64,000 nt of DNA from NCBI GenBank assembly GCA_036172245.1, contig JAYWIR010000015.1:1550001-1614000 (forward strand). The letters run 5' to 3'. Below the pieces are notes generated by a model. That model made no database searches. It was not told the DNA's origin and was given only the letters and a program-made list of their open reading frames with translations. The stretch comes from Raillietiella orientalis (lineage: Eukaryota). A program made the translations under genes and the position numbers. The number at the start of each line of letters is the position of its first letter. Position 1 is the first letter of the stretch. Positions 24,201 through 37,613 of this stretch are shown here, piece after piece.

Positions 24201-27200
24201 ACCCCTAGCGTAACGGGCGGGGAAAGGAGCCCTTCCAGCAGGAGGATGGCGACACGTAGCGAATCCTGGCGAACCCACAGGGAGAACGTAGGTCCTCATC
24301 CTCCGGAGGGGACGATCTCCCCCAATCTGCCGCGGTCCATGGTGCGCGCGACAGGGAGTTCCGCCATGACTTCGCACGCGGCTAGAGGCCCGTGCCTGCC
24401 GAGGAGCGACGACCTCGACGGAAGAGGGGGGAGGGAGGGGTCTGCACTGCCGATCTCCAGGCGGCGGTCGAGTGATCGGTCCCGTATCATTCGGTTATCA
24501 GTTCGGACGGAACGAGGGGAAGAAAGTATGACGAAGAACCATGAGGACCGTGCTGCTCCTCAGGGAGGAACGCGGGCCGCACGGCATCGAAACTCCCGCC
24601 CTGCCGGAAAAAAACCGAAGATCCCATTCCTATTTACCCTCAGTGGCACCTCCTCGGCGTTCCTCTGCTCTCCCTGGACACACCAGACTCCATAAGAGTG
24701 GTGGCGAGCCTCTGCTCCGGTCTTCAGTTCAAAACAAATCATGTTTGGACCCATCTTGCTCCCGAAGAAGAAAGAAGGGTGAGAGTCAGATATCAAGATC
24801 CTGGTCACGTGCTATGCACTTTTTTTTTAAAAAAAAAAGTGTTTTACATGTGTTTCGCATGTGTTTGGACACATGCGGAACAGAGGGACTCTTCCGGGAT
24901 CTCGACGGAGATCCATGCGACGATGCTGGAGCGCGGCCACGCACGCATTCCACGCCCAGGAGTGACGTCCGAGAGTATCCTAGCGACGGAGAAAGCCCTG
25001 CAAGCCTCTCCCCACCGAGAATCTGGCGGGAGAGCTATCAACGGGAGACGCCGCGACCTTCGCAGGAGGGGAGGAAGGCTCCTGGGACGGACAACGATGC
25101 TCCGTGCCTCTTCACCACACGGACAAGCCTCCGTCCTCAAGCTGGCGCACCAGCAACCACCCGTCGGGAAAACGATCGTTCCCTCTCTCTCTCCCCTCCC
25201 CTTCCCCTCCGATCCTCCCACCCCCCTCTCTTCGCTCCTGTACTCGCGAGGACGGCGGTTTCCGCGAAGTGCCGATGACGGGAAATCTTCGAAGGCGTCG
25301 CGACTCGCTGCGGGAACGAAGTGCAGCTTAAGGGACAGGAAAGGGTGGGGACGAAAAGCCGAGAGTGTAGGGACGAGACTGACGAGGGTCGTCTTCCTGG
25401 GAAGGGAGGTCCGGACGGATATCACGCCATCAGGCGCATGCGCTTCCTTCGGGCGCTCGACCACCACTGCCAACCTTCCCGAGCGCGGACCCCGGCATTG
25501 AGCGATCCGGGAGCTTCGCAAAGGCGGTGGCAGCAGCAGCTCCGAGAAACCCCCGCTTCTCCCTTCGCCTTCCCATCTGGACACTTTCGTGCGCCGGAGG
25601 GAGCTTCGCTCACGGAAGGCACGGAGAATGCTTTCCGGACACGAAGGGAAATTTTCCTCGACCGCTCTGCATGCACCCAAAAGTTTCCTTTATCGGCAGC
25701 AAAGTGGAGCAGTACGATCCCCCCCTCCCCCCCCCGTCTCCCATTGGACGGCGAGGACCGTCTTTCCCTTCCTCGTGATCCCACGTGGCTCCCTCCGGAA
25801 TCGATCCATCCCCTCCTTCAAAGTGCAGTTCCAGATTTTCCTCTCGAAGTTCTCCCACAGATGGATTCCTCAAAAAGTTTCCATCTCGGCTGGCGGCTTG
25901 CGCCAGGCGGAGGAAGGAAAATCAAGCCGCCAAAGTGAAGCCGCAAACAACGCAGAGGTGCCTGGAAACGCTCAGGAAACCCTTTCAGGCTGCGACTATC
26001 GGAAAGCGTCACACGCACACACACACAGACACACCTTCCTCCCTCCCTCCCTCCTCCCGTTCTTGTTACAGTTTCGAGGGCTCCTCCGATTCTGCCTTTC
26101 CTTCCCCACTCTTCAGAATCCTTTGCACGGAATGGCATAAATAATCGATCGCACCAGAAGAACGACGCGCATCTCGGAGAACCCCTTCCGTTCCCACCCT
26201 TGACAGCAGCCAACTCTCTCAGCTTTTTCCTCCGGCCCAACCCGCCGCTTTAGGTCTCGAGAATGGTTGCGCTTTAGGCAACTTCGAACTCCGCGGCTAC
26301 CCTACTTCTGCTGGGGAGCGAATCTTTCCGTTAGGTCCGGGCAATGGGTCTTCGATGGCGCATTCTTGCGCCATCGCTTTCCATCCTGATCTCGGCTGTC
26401 TATACGTCAATTAGAATTCCGAAAGAGCATGGAACATTGCGCTGCCGCCGAAAGGCACAAAGCGTGCCAACGGAAGTCGGGGCTTGCTGGAATTTTCTGT
26501 TTCTGTGTTCGTGATTCGGGGACGACCGCTGATTTCGTAAACCCATCGGTCCATACGCCAGCGTGGCGCACTTTCCTTGATGCCTTGTTTCTTCTCATAA
26601 AGCATGAGATCACAACTGAGTGTACATTAGAGGACGTCGCATCATCTACCGTCCAAGCCTTTTGTTTTGGATCGCAGTTCCCCTCTAGGATTACTCAGGA
26701 GGTACGGAAGATGAGTAAATTCTGTCCGTGTTCAGTGATACTCTATAGCAGACATTGACGTGTAGATTCCATTGAGATACTGTTTGGACATTTGCATTGT
26801 CAGTCCAAAGTACTAGTGAGGTCAACACTTCCAACAAACTGGTGTAGTTAGACTGTTGCTACCAGCATGTGGAACTTTGAATTGCTTCGAGTTCGTGTTT
26901 CAGCTGCAGAGCATACCGTCCGAGGTATGATGGTGTCAAAGAGGTGGTTTCATAAGATTTTGACAAGAAGCACGAAAGAACCAGCTAAAAGCTTGTTGGG
27001 AAAGCTCACCCTTTGACTTTTTGTGCGTTTCGAAAAAATTCCATTCGCTATTGCCTAGCTACTCGATATGCCCTGCCAATGGAGGGGCAGGCAGCATGGA
27101 TAGGGTTGTATGCATATTAGTTTGCAATTATGCCTTTCGATCTTGTAAAAGCAAAATTAGAAAACTTCCGTCGGGAACTCGATCGATTTTGTTTTGCAAA

Positions 27201-29482
27201 CTCAGAAAGCACTACTTCCCCTCCAAGTAAGAAGTGCCACGAATGCTTTTGGCCCACCACGAAAGCACGGCAGATCCCTAGCAAGAGTTCCAAGCCGAAA
27301 AAAGTGCAAGAGTTCCGAACGCATGGAAGCATCGGAAGTCGAAAGGGCACTGGTAAACTTAGGTGCCAGGCAGGTCTGTCTGACAGAAATATGACGAAGA
27401 CAACAAACCCACCGAGGATTTGGTCGGACGTCTCCAAACGTCCCCTGCCCAAACTCTGGGAAATCGAGTCTCGTGATGAACCCTTCGCTTCCCGGAAGCT
27501 GGTCACAACTAGACATTGCAGCCAATTAAATGCTTGGAAAAATATTCAACATCATTGCTTTTATCCTAAAACTTTATAAGAATTTCACAATAACGGCTGT
27601 TCCTCATGCATGCATGCATTAACGAACATATGTGCTAGCAAATGCATCAGCAATGGTTTCGGTTTCTCTCGCTGAGCACATTTTTTTCTTTGGAGAAAAA
27701 AAAAAAAAACAAAAAGGGATAACAGCTACACTCAACGCCTAACATCACGTGTAAAATGAAAATAAATGTAACCCTTGAAGGCTCGACACGAATCCTAGAC
27801 ATGTCCTACCCTCTGTGACTTTCCCAATCAATTATCCGCCTACATGGAATCTGAAAATATTCTTACAAGCTTCCGTCATGCTCTCCCGGTTTGAACCATT
27901 CCATGTTTCCCATTCCCTATTTGCCCTTTGTATTCTTGTAAGAACGATTACAAGAAACCTCCCGTTTGCTAGTGCTAAAATTCGTACGCACATGATGGGA
28001 TTTATCCTGGGGACTCCACTGTTCCAGACACGGGGCACCTGTGCACGCCTTGCATAGGAATGGATTCCCACTCGCGCAGCAACAGTTGGTTTATTCTGAA
28101 TTAAGGGAAAACGTTCCTCAACTGAGCCAGAAAGGGGTGCTCTCGTTTCTCCCTATACGAGTTTTCGTTCGACTCTCTTTCTTCCGATGCTAATCGGCTT
28201 CTATCGAGTTACGTACAAAGAAGCTAACTAGCACGGTTAGCCCTTGTGATTGCGAATGCGTTTTTGAAAGACTTGAACCAAAAGAAAAAAGAAAAGAAAG
28301 AAATCCTCAGATTCCTTTTTTATTTTTGAATGAAACGAAATCGTGTGCAACCAGGAAAAAAATTCACATTCTGGCAAAAGAGATTGTGATCGAAAAAGAA
28401 AACGGATAGATAAATAAATCCAATACACGGCTTTTTTTTTTGCAGTTTTTGAATCTGCACGAATTCTTAGCAAGGGTAATGAATTTCTGAAACTTATATT
28501 CAAGAAGTCTCAATTTTTACACATTCACTTACTATGCTTGTAACCAAGCATACTACCGCGGGAAAAAATCACGGTTCCTTCGAAGGTTTTTTCCTACAGG
28601 GACGCGTTTTGAGCCTTCCAAAACTGAAACCACAGCAACTCAATACAGAGACATTGCAGGGGTCAGTCTTGGGGCAACGTAACATTGATGTGAACTAAAT
28701 CCAACACAGACCTAAGCGTTTGTTCATTTCCACGAAAATGGAAAGATAGCAGAAGGTATTTTTGAAATTGTAAAACACAGGTAGCAATTGCAATGACAAT
28801 CAAGTTTTACACGGATTACTACACTAAATACGACATAATTACAAGCAAAAGCATTTACATTAGTTGCCCACATGTAGTAGAAAATATTCCACATAATAGT
28901 AGCATTTCATGTTAACAAGATTTCTTGTTTACTGCTTACCTCACATGAGCATCTTCACAATACAATCACTTAAATGGTCCAATAAGGAAAGGACTTTAAA
29001 CAGATGACTGAATGTTTGAAAGTGTCGAATCCCACTTAATATTTCCATTTGAAAATTACTTAGACAGCACTCTTTCACATTTTTGATCCAGAATGCTCAA
29101 CATACAAGACCCACATTAAAAGTTAGAATTCTGGACAGTGAGAACAGATGATGTAGATTTAAATATCTGTGTGTACATGATTCTTCTGAAACTTTTTCAA
29201 GCATGTAATGTGACAATGCATGTAAAAATGTAAATCTGAGATCCCATAGATTTCTAAAGCCGTCACCAGAACTTGAAGATTGGGAAAAACAGCAGGAAAA
29301 ACAAAGAATGAATACGTTGAAGTAATTAAAAAAAAAAAAAAAAAAAAAAAACAGAATAATAACCAAATAGCAATAAAAAAGGAAAAAATTAACTCAATAT
29401 GAATATCTGGTGGTGGTGCTTCCTCGGATGGCTCATGCCTTACCACCTAAGCATAACCAATAAAATTTGATGAAATGTTTTC

Positions 29483-32192
29483 TCATTTCTTTTCATCTTT
29501 TACATCATCTTTTTTTTCTGAGTTTCCATTTCTTTTGGTTTCAGTTTTGAGATTATCATCTTTTTTGCTGGTCTCTTTTTTTTCGGCATCTCTGTTACTT
29601 AATTTATTGTTAATCAGATTATGGAGAGCAATCACAGAACGGATGAGAGAAGCAAGATACACAGCAAGCATCTGGTCATTGGTACACACATGTAGTGCCC
29701 TATTGAAACCTGAATCTGTGACATCAGGGAGGAGGTTAAAAATGTCTTGAAGTAAATACACAATTTGGTGATTGATGGGCAGGTAGCCTTGCACCACCTA
29801 CACAAACAGCATACCACAAACATACAATAACAAGGAAGTGACCTGTTCCATGTATCTGTAGATATCTTTCAGCTGTGCCTGTAGACCTTTTAAACCCATC
29901 AATTGGCTGGTAATCTTCTGAGACAAGGTGCCTACACCAGTGTTCTTGATATCCCGTAAAAGATGTTCAACTCCTACTTCTTCAGCTTCTTCTGCACCTA
30001 TTTCACTTGATACATGTTCAAATGTCTTTGTGGTGGGTGTACCATCCTGGAATATCAATCACACCTGCAATATTTGTTCTTAGAACTTACATCATGAACT
30101 TCCTCCACAGCAACATATGCTTCAGTGGGAAGTCCTAAATCCTTTGGTTTGGCATCAATGATCACCAATACTGATCTGGGACAATATGTGCGAATTAATT
30201 CATTGATAGCTACATCATTCTGATGTAACTTGGGCCCTGTGTGATACCAGCCAACTATTTTCTCTCGTGCTACACATTTCTTAGATAAACCCTTAATAAG
30301 ATTATTTTACCGTTCACTTTCTTAAACATGCCATACATATTTTCGAGATAATCATGATCCAAAAACCATACACTTTTATTCTTATCATCTTCATCAAAGG
30401 GAACTACAAATAAATTAATTTCTGGCAGTTTAGACCATAATACAAGTAGATTCCAACAAATATTTACAGTAAATTACATGTACAGTTATTGTGAAACCAA
30501 AAAACACACACACACACACAAATATTGGTTTTTGAAACAAAAAAAATAAAAAATAATAAATAGACTTTCAGTTAGATGCAAACATGAATATATAAGAAGA
30601 CAACGAAAAGGATTTAATTCAGCCCTTAATCATATGCAATCATGTATCATAATGTTAACCTTTGGACAATACAGTGTACAAAATAAACAAAAAATGGTTG
30701 GTTGAAATGATGAACACATGGAGTACATCTTCATAACTGATCAAACTTGTAGACACTACATCACTTTTTCATACTGACCAAAAATTGGAGCAATATTATG
30801 CTTAGACAAGTGACCACTTTCTGGTACAAAATAAAGTAATGACTTAAATAATCTACAAATAAATTAGTATATAGAATTTTATTCTACCACATTACAATCA
30901 CTGGAATCATGATTGAAGTTCATTCAATATGCATTCTTTAGAAATTTAACCTAAAGATAAATACTAATTTCACCTTCATTTTAGTTTATGCCTTCTTACA
31001 TACCAAACAATAACTCAATAGAACACCAATGATTCATTAGCACTACAGTGGTCCTTATAATACAAATTTGAAGATTAATGAGCTTACATATGTCAGTGAC
31101 ACTAATATCTCCTGTAGAAACCAACATAGTACCTACCACATAAATGAGACACAGGTAATTTTGAATAATTATTTTATCCAATCACAAAATATGAAACTGA
31201 ATTCACCATCTTGCTGAAATTAAATCCTGAGTGACAATACATACTCACTAACTTAATGCAAAATATCAACCAACTTCATTGATTCTTTTAAAATATTTCG
31301 CAATCATCACTGCAGATTCAAAAGAAAAATTCAAGGCACAAATGAGATAATTTTCACTATAAGACTTTCAAGTGTTAAAAGGATTCCGTGGCTATATAGC
31401 AGCTTAATGTAGATTTTGAGAAAAAGAAAAAGTAAGTGAAACAAAAATATTAATTTTCAAAACACGCTTCAAGAGATACATGGGATTGGAAAGAACACTT
31501 AAATGTCTCAACACAGTTAAAATGGAGATTCATGTACAGAAGTGTGCTTTGAAAACACAGAGCCACTTAATGAGAAAAAACGCTTTCAATTACTTTATGT
31601 TTATCATTTTATCTTTTACGTTCGACCCAGAACTTTTGTAGTCATGAAATAAATGAAAGGAAGAATCGCTGAAGGCAAAACAGGCTTTCTTCCCGTCATG
31701 CATTATCAGCTACATGTTGAGGCAGCCCCAAGTTTACAGTTATTTGAATAAAAAAAACTCTACATAGAATTCTTATCAAAAACTTCCAATCAATCTGACA
31801 ATGAAACGCCAAAAAAACAAAGGAACAAAAACAAATACAATGTAAAAGCAAAATGAACACTGAATGAAATAAACGTATGTTTATATGACATTTAAGATTA
31901 TTAAAATGCAAGTGAATTACTTTTCTTGTACTAGATTAATGATATCATTCCATACGTACTTTGTGTGTATGTGAAATGAATGCACTGTAAAGCGTAGTAA
32001 CGGCACATTTGGAATACCTGCAAAGCTGTTCGATATATCCAGCACATTCTTACTTCTCCAGCTACCCAAGAGAACTCCAACAACTCTCTTATGACTTCCT
32101 AGCTTTCCCATACGATTGTAATGATCAACCACACTTAGTAGCACCAAAGGGTGCACGATAACCTTATTCACGGGCAATTCATGTGTCACCAT
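29483..32192 (-). CDS. PSMD7: 26S proteasome non-ATPase regulatory subunit 7 (Rpn8/Mov34, MPN domain), 321 aa
   Basis: Exons 32192-32018, 30403-30311, 30269-30091, 30046-29843, 29797-29483 (966 nt, all GT-AG). Conserved motifs [97 protein letters not shown], and a KE-rich tail. Confidence 0.97.
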
Positions 32193-35100
32193 TTTAATAA
32201 ATTAAATTCACAACAGAAAAACTACACAAATTAAGATTTTAACACATAAGAGTCATAATTCTTTTTCTTTTTCCTTTTCACTATTTTTTCTCTGAAATTA
32301 TCTGATCCAAATCAAGATGATGAACGACTGCTGGCCTGCAATAAATACAATTAGTTACCATACTTCATTCCTTGGATCTCACACGCAATCTGTTGGAAGC
32401 ATCTCTGATACAGGCTTACCCAATCCATATACCGAATCCATATTACTGGCTCCTTAGCCGGATATTTTTTGCCGAACTTAAAGCTGTAAGAAATTATGTA
32501 ATATATTAGATAAACAAAATTATGAAACCGTTTTACGTTCCATAGGTAGCAAACGATTGTTGTTTCTACAGCACTTTGGAGAACCAAAGCGATGTGAGGT
32601 TATTAGCTTGCTGATTTTAATCATATTGTAATCAAAATCACACAAGCAAAGAGCAGTATTTTTCGGGAAATGTCAAGATTCTCTAGATGACTCAGTAATA
32701 AAAAACTGGAACACAGTATTCCAATTTAATAAAAGTATAAACGTTATGTAGTACACGCAGATAGCGCATTTTTTGCAAGCAATAAAGCATCGAACATATT
32801 TCAAGAACACCAAAAATTTGAAGCAACAAGTAGTATTCCTTAATTTCAACAAAAATATGAAAAGAGATAAAAAGTTATATAAGTCTAATGTGAACCTGTA
32901 TCTGGAACATCACGATAAATACATATACCCATAATATGCAAGCATATGTACATATATGCTCTTTACACGTAAATATGCATGAATTGTGTGTACATATATC
33001 TTGCCAAACAGAGGCAAAACTTTCCATTTTAGATGACAGAAGAAGGAAATCTGTCAAAAAAATAAGTTTCCTCTTCCCTACAACTTTTATCATTGCATGT
33101 TATAACTTACAATTCACTTCACTCTTTGCTCTAATGTGGCTTTCTTCATAAGAATAAAAAAGAACAGTTCAAACTTTGATTCCTTGGAATCGCCGTTGAG
33201 CTATATCCTCGACTTTGAAATCGAAATGGAAAAATTTTGATAAGCAGTTTTATAAATGCCTGAACCGGTAAAAAGATGCAAGTTGCAGTTGGCTAAGAAA
33301 CCTGTTCTGAAGCTTTAGTGGAATGATAGAAAAATTGTCCAAATAACTGAGGAATTCAGAAGATATTGAGCCTAAAAATTAGTTTGCAACCGCACAAAAT
33401 TTATGGATAAAAGAGAAGAAACATATATAAACAGTAGAAAATTCAGAATAAATTTTGCTACCGGTTGATGGGTATCATTAAATAACTAAAAATTTGAAAG
33501 CTTCATCGAAGTATTCCATGGGTTAAAATCTGTAAATCATCATATTTGGACTAAAATCTCTTCATTTTTTGTGCAAGAAGATAAACTTAACAAAACGTTT
33601 TTTCATTGTTCTCAAGAATCACATCCGAAGAACGGTGAGAGAGCTCGTTAAGCAATGAGCAAACATATTTAAAAATGAAATTTTCCATTTGGCTGCATGA
33701 TGGCGATCTGGTTTATATGGGAAAAGGTGAACCGATAGAAGGAGTAAATTGCAGCGGTTGGAAATCCATCTTCCAAAACACTAGATCTTCGTTTGAACTT
33801 CATTCTCGACAGATGAGTGCTTAAATTGTACGTACTCTGCAGTTTTGTTTTCGCCTGCAGTTTACTCAAGAAAAGCACAGTTATTACAAGTACGGTGTCG
33901 ACGGGATATTTATTTCGATTTTCAGAGAAATGAGGACAATTCTAGCAGTCAGGCAATCATTATAATGCATCGTGCTTACTTGAGATTTGTGAAGTATGTG
34001 ACACAAAAAATGAAAGTTGAATAAAATGGAAATAAAATGAAATCATTTCGACCACTGCAGGAAAGAAATCACTGTAAAAAACAGAAAAATATCTAGCTCT
34101 CTCTGGGTATTTATTATAGCACTCTATTTGTCTTACTTAAGCAATTAACATTTATGATCGAGAAAACCGATTTAATTGAGTTAGTTACTTATTTAGATAA
34201 ATACAGAAGATTCATCATATTCGTGTAGAAATTAAGGATATTTCTTCGTGACTCGATAGTAGAAATGTCGAATATTACATTTACTGTCAAAACTCTTTTA
34301 CTCTGCATTGAAAAATAATCGATTCAATTCTGGATTTTTAAATTGCCATTTATTTCTCATGATAGGATATTATAATTGAGTCTCATATAAACGGCTATGC
34401 ATGGCCTTTTTTGTTAACCAGATTAATAAGAATACACAAGATTAATAAATAAATCTGGAGAACTTTAGACCTAGTACATTCTATGCAACCCAGAAGTGAA
34501 CTCTTGTCTTTGTTACGAACTTAAAATTTAATGAAATGATGCTTCGTACATAAATGAATTAAAGCCCCACAGCAGTAATTTAACCCTACCTTTTGATTTC
34601 AGTAGCAACTGTATAAAACACTATCTAGGAATCGATGGGCATGTTTTTTCCTTTACAGGGTGTATTATTCAGTATATGGTCTGCTCACAGCTGGACAGGG
34701 CAGCCCTGCATCAAAAATAATTTTTCAGAGCTTTTAAAGATATATCTGTACTTGAAAGAGCTAAGAAGAAAATAATTTTGTGCAGAGATTCTTTAGGTTT
34801 TACCCATCATTTTTGTAACTGGAGGAAGGGGAAAAACGATTTCATTTCGTATATCATCATCAAATTTGCACAAAGTGTCCGTTACACCATAACGATTGCA
34901 AGATCATTAAATGACGCGTGCAGCTAGAAACATCGATCTCTCAATGAGTCGGAAGATTCGCTGAGAGAATCGGCATTTGATGTGACAAACTGAATCTCAA
35001 TTGAATTGAGATTTGAATTTGACTCCAATTGGCATATGAAATCTCTCAGTCATCATACGTCAGGTGAAATCAGATCTTAATTGAATCCATTCTAATGATG

Positions 35101-37299
35101 GCCTATGGCTTTCCGTTGCACTCAATTTAGACTTTCATTCTGATTCATGAATGCAGACATATGAGGAATGATTCTTTTATTGAATAGAAGAAGTGGATAA
35201 CCCCAGCCGATAGACTATTTCAGTACTTAAACACACATAAAAAATTCAGTATAGGAGGTTCTATTCTCATGAGTTTTATCAGAAATGGCCGCCTTCGTAA
35301 ATAGAAATCGGGAATGAGAATTGCTGCCATTCCATTATCGTCTTCTCTTTTGCCTGCTCTGCCGCTTTTGCCCTTCGCCAACTCTGTATTCATTATCAGC
35401 AAATTTGAATGAGCAGAGCCTATCATTTGTGATCAGTGCAGAGTATTATTTGGCATCTATAAAGAGTTCGAAAAAATTGACAACATTTAGAAGGTTTGCC
35501 GATGAAGACGCCTAGGATTACACAACATATCTTTAAGAGAGACATCTTAGGTGTCTGGCATTCAAAGCAACTACTGCTAGATAACTTTGACTCTGAGTAT
35601 TTCGTCCACGGAATGAAAACCTGTTCGATGTGATACAATAAATAAGTTTTCTAGCTCCGGAGGCAAGAGCTGCACTACTGTATGTACTGTGTTGTTCGAT
35701 ATTTGTCTAATGTAAGAAGAATTCGAATTGTTCCCGCGCAATGTGCCTACAATTTGGAAATGGAGAAAGCGTTTGCAAAAAAAAAAAAAAAACAAACATA
35801 CAGAAGTGCCGTGGTTGCTAATGGTCATAATGGTCTGCTGCCATGATTGGATGATTCTGGGTCATATTACGTGATATCAATGCAAACATTGCTCCTCAGA
35901 TGATTCGTATCCGTCAAGAAGACATCGATCTCGGCCACAGTGGGAGGGGATTCCGATACTCGAAAGAGTCGATGGAAACGTGAGTGTGAAGACAAGAGAA
36001 AACTGAAACCACTAGGACGTGGACGATCCGCGAATCGTGGAGCATGCGGCACCACGAGGGGCATATTTGGGGACAAGGCGGTCGAAAAGCTCAGCAAAAG
36101 GGTTGGATGTTTCTCTCTTCGATCCCTTAGATAGACCCATGAGACGGTGGTACCTGGAGGCAGAGATCTACAAAGACAGGCAGCAAGACAAGATACTCAG
36201 GGTCTTGCAAGCTGCGACCAAATAGAAGGCGTTCATGCTGAGATGTGTGCACCTGTCCCGAGTGAACGAGGAACACTGAGTGTGGCATACTCAGTGTACT
36301 TATCGAATTGGATGCCATGGATGTTTTCTTCCTGAGAACCAACAGCAGAAACCTATCCTCAAATCAGAAAACTATCACCACGCATTTTTTTTAATTACTC
36401 ACAGACGTCGTTTTTCGTCCAAGCCTGAATGAAAATTCATTCAGTTTAAGAAGAAAATGACCGCGTGATTAGTGAGACTGGAAGAAGGGAGAGGAAATTA
36501 TATGGTTCGAACAATTCCAAATTCCACCTGTTCCAATGTGTAGGTGATGCTTGTGATAGGAACTGCGATACCGTATCCCAAGCATGGCAAGCAGGTCCAC
36601 TTATAAGAGTAGGAAGCATCGATCGGGAGTCAATAACTTGCTGCGGGGCTCTAAAAGAGCTCGGCCTTTCGATGCAAAGAAACAGATGTTGGTGCTTCGT
36701 GTCACCAAGGCACTACGTGAACTGCATACAAATTGAAGTCGATGACCACCTGATCTGCCTTTGCCTGGGAGTTTTCCGAATTCTCTTCTCTTGGCCTCTC
36801 TAAAAAAAACAGTTTCGTAGAGCTCTTCGTTTCGAGAAAAAATATATATATACATATAGGCCTTGCAGAATTCTACCAATCATTTCTTTGCACCTCCAGC
36901 ACTCATCTCTTCTAACGCAAGGTCGGCGCTTGCTTTCGAGTTGTGTTGACGCAGTGGTAAGATGGATACTCGAAACAGCGTGGCCTTCTGGGCTTCATCG
37001 CTGAGGTTTCGAAACTGCTGAAGTTCTTGATGGAAATCCTCCTGGGCTCTTCCGTTGTCGCCGCTTTCCTTCGAGATTTTTTTTCCTTTTTCCAGGTTTT
37101 CTTTCTTTCTTTTTTTGATTCTCAAGAAATACTAAAGAAAAGTTCGCCTCCTTAGAGGGGGATCACGAAGTTCTTCAGCACGGCCCACGCACCCGAGAGT
37201 GTGTGTAACTCTTCAAATCAGGGAATAACCCCGGAGGGACCAACCTATGAATCTAGGAAGCTTTCCTCTAACGACTGAGAGGGAATCCCGAAGAGAACT

Positions 37300-37575
37300 C
37301 TCGCCCTGGTTGTCTCCGAAAGGAACCTCTTCCTTGTTCTCTCCGAAGGGACCCCCCTGTTTAAGGGTACCACTCCACGTTTCTTCTCCGAAGGAAACCC
37401 GGGAAGGGTCCGCTCCGGAATTTCTTCTCCGGAGGGCACCCTCAAGGGAACTGCTCCTCCTTGTTACTCCTCTGAAGAGAACCCCGAAGGCACGCTTCCC
37501 GATTTCCTTGGAGGGAGCTCCCCGAAGGAGCAGTGCGCTTCCTAACACTCTGGAGAGGCAGCCTTCGAGGAAGAT
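37300..37575. repeat. Degenerate short tandem repeats (tctccgaagg-accc-like unit, irregular spacing)
   Basis: Recurrent motifs tctccgaaaggaacc, tctccgaagggaccc, tctccgaaggaaaccc, tctccggagggcaccc, accccgaaggc, tccccgaagg. Confidence 0.55.
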
Positions 37576-37613
37576 ATCGACGCAATGGATAAAAGGTTCC
37601 ATTTTCACAACCT

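Larger units (their letters stand above)
14210..26400. other. About 12-kb GC/CpG-rich island (regulatory / 5' region)
   Basis: Abrupt shift from AT-rich flanks to strongly GC-rich sequence (roughly two-thirds GC by eye, not computed) with abundant CpG, G/C runs and GA/CT tracts. Many overlapping ORFs, none with a recognisable domain. Confidence 0.85.

Noticed and set aside
14450..26240. Dozens of 100-300 aa ORFs on both strands in the GC island as stand-alone genes
   Set aside because: Stops are rare in high-GC DNA. The ORFs overlap in all frames, are rich in R/G/P/A/S and have no domains. Only segments ending at strong, frame-compatible donors were kept.
14210..26400. rDNA unit, bacterial/viral insertion or contaminant as the explanation for the GC island
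   Set aside because: No rRNA conserved motifs and no gene-dense operon-like coding. The island has microsatellites, homopolymers and splice donors that fit the adjacent host gene.
26930..27580. gag-like remnant with PBS-like TGGTGTCA
   Set aside because: Only a few residues of resemblance (PFDLVKAKLENF) and no adjoining LTR end.
27767..28217. Solo LTR (TGTA...TACA, 451 bp, minus-strand AATAAA)
   Set aside because: The flanks (AATAAA / AAGAAG) are not a clean TSD and there is no second copy in the window.
37300..37575. CRISPR-like repeat-spacer array
   Set aside because: Repeats are short, degenerate and irregularly spaced, the context is eukaryotic, and there are no cas genes.
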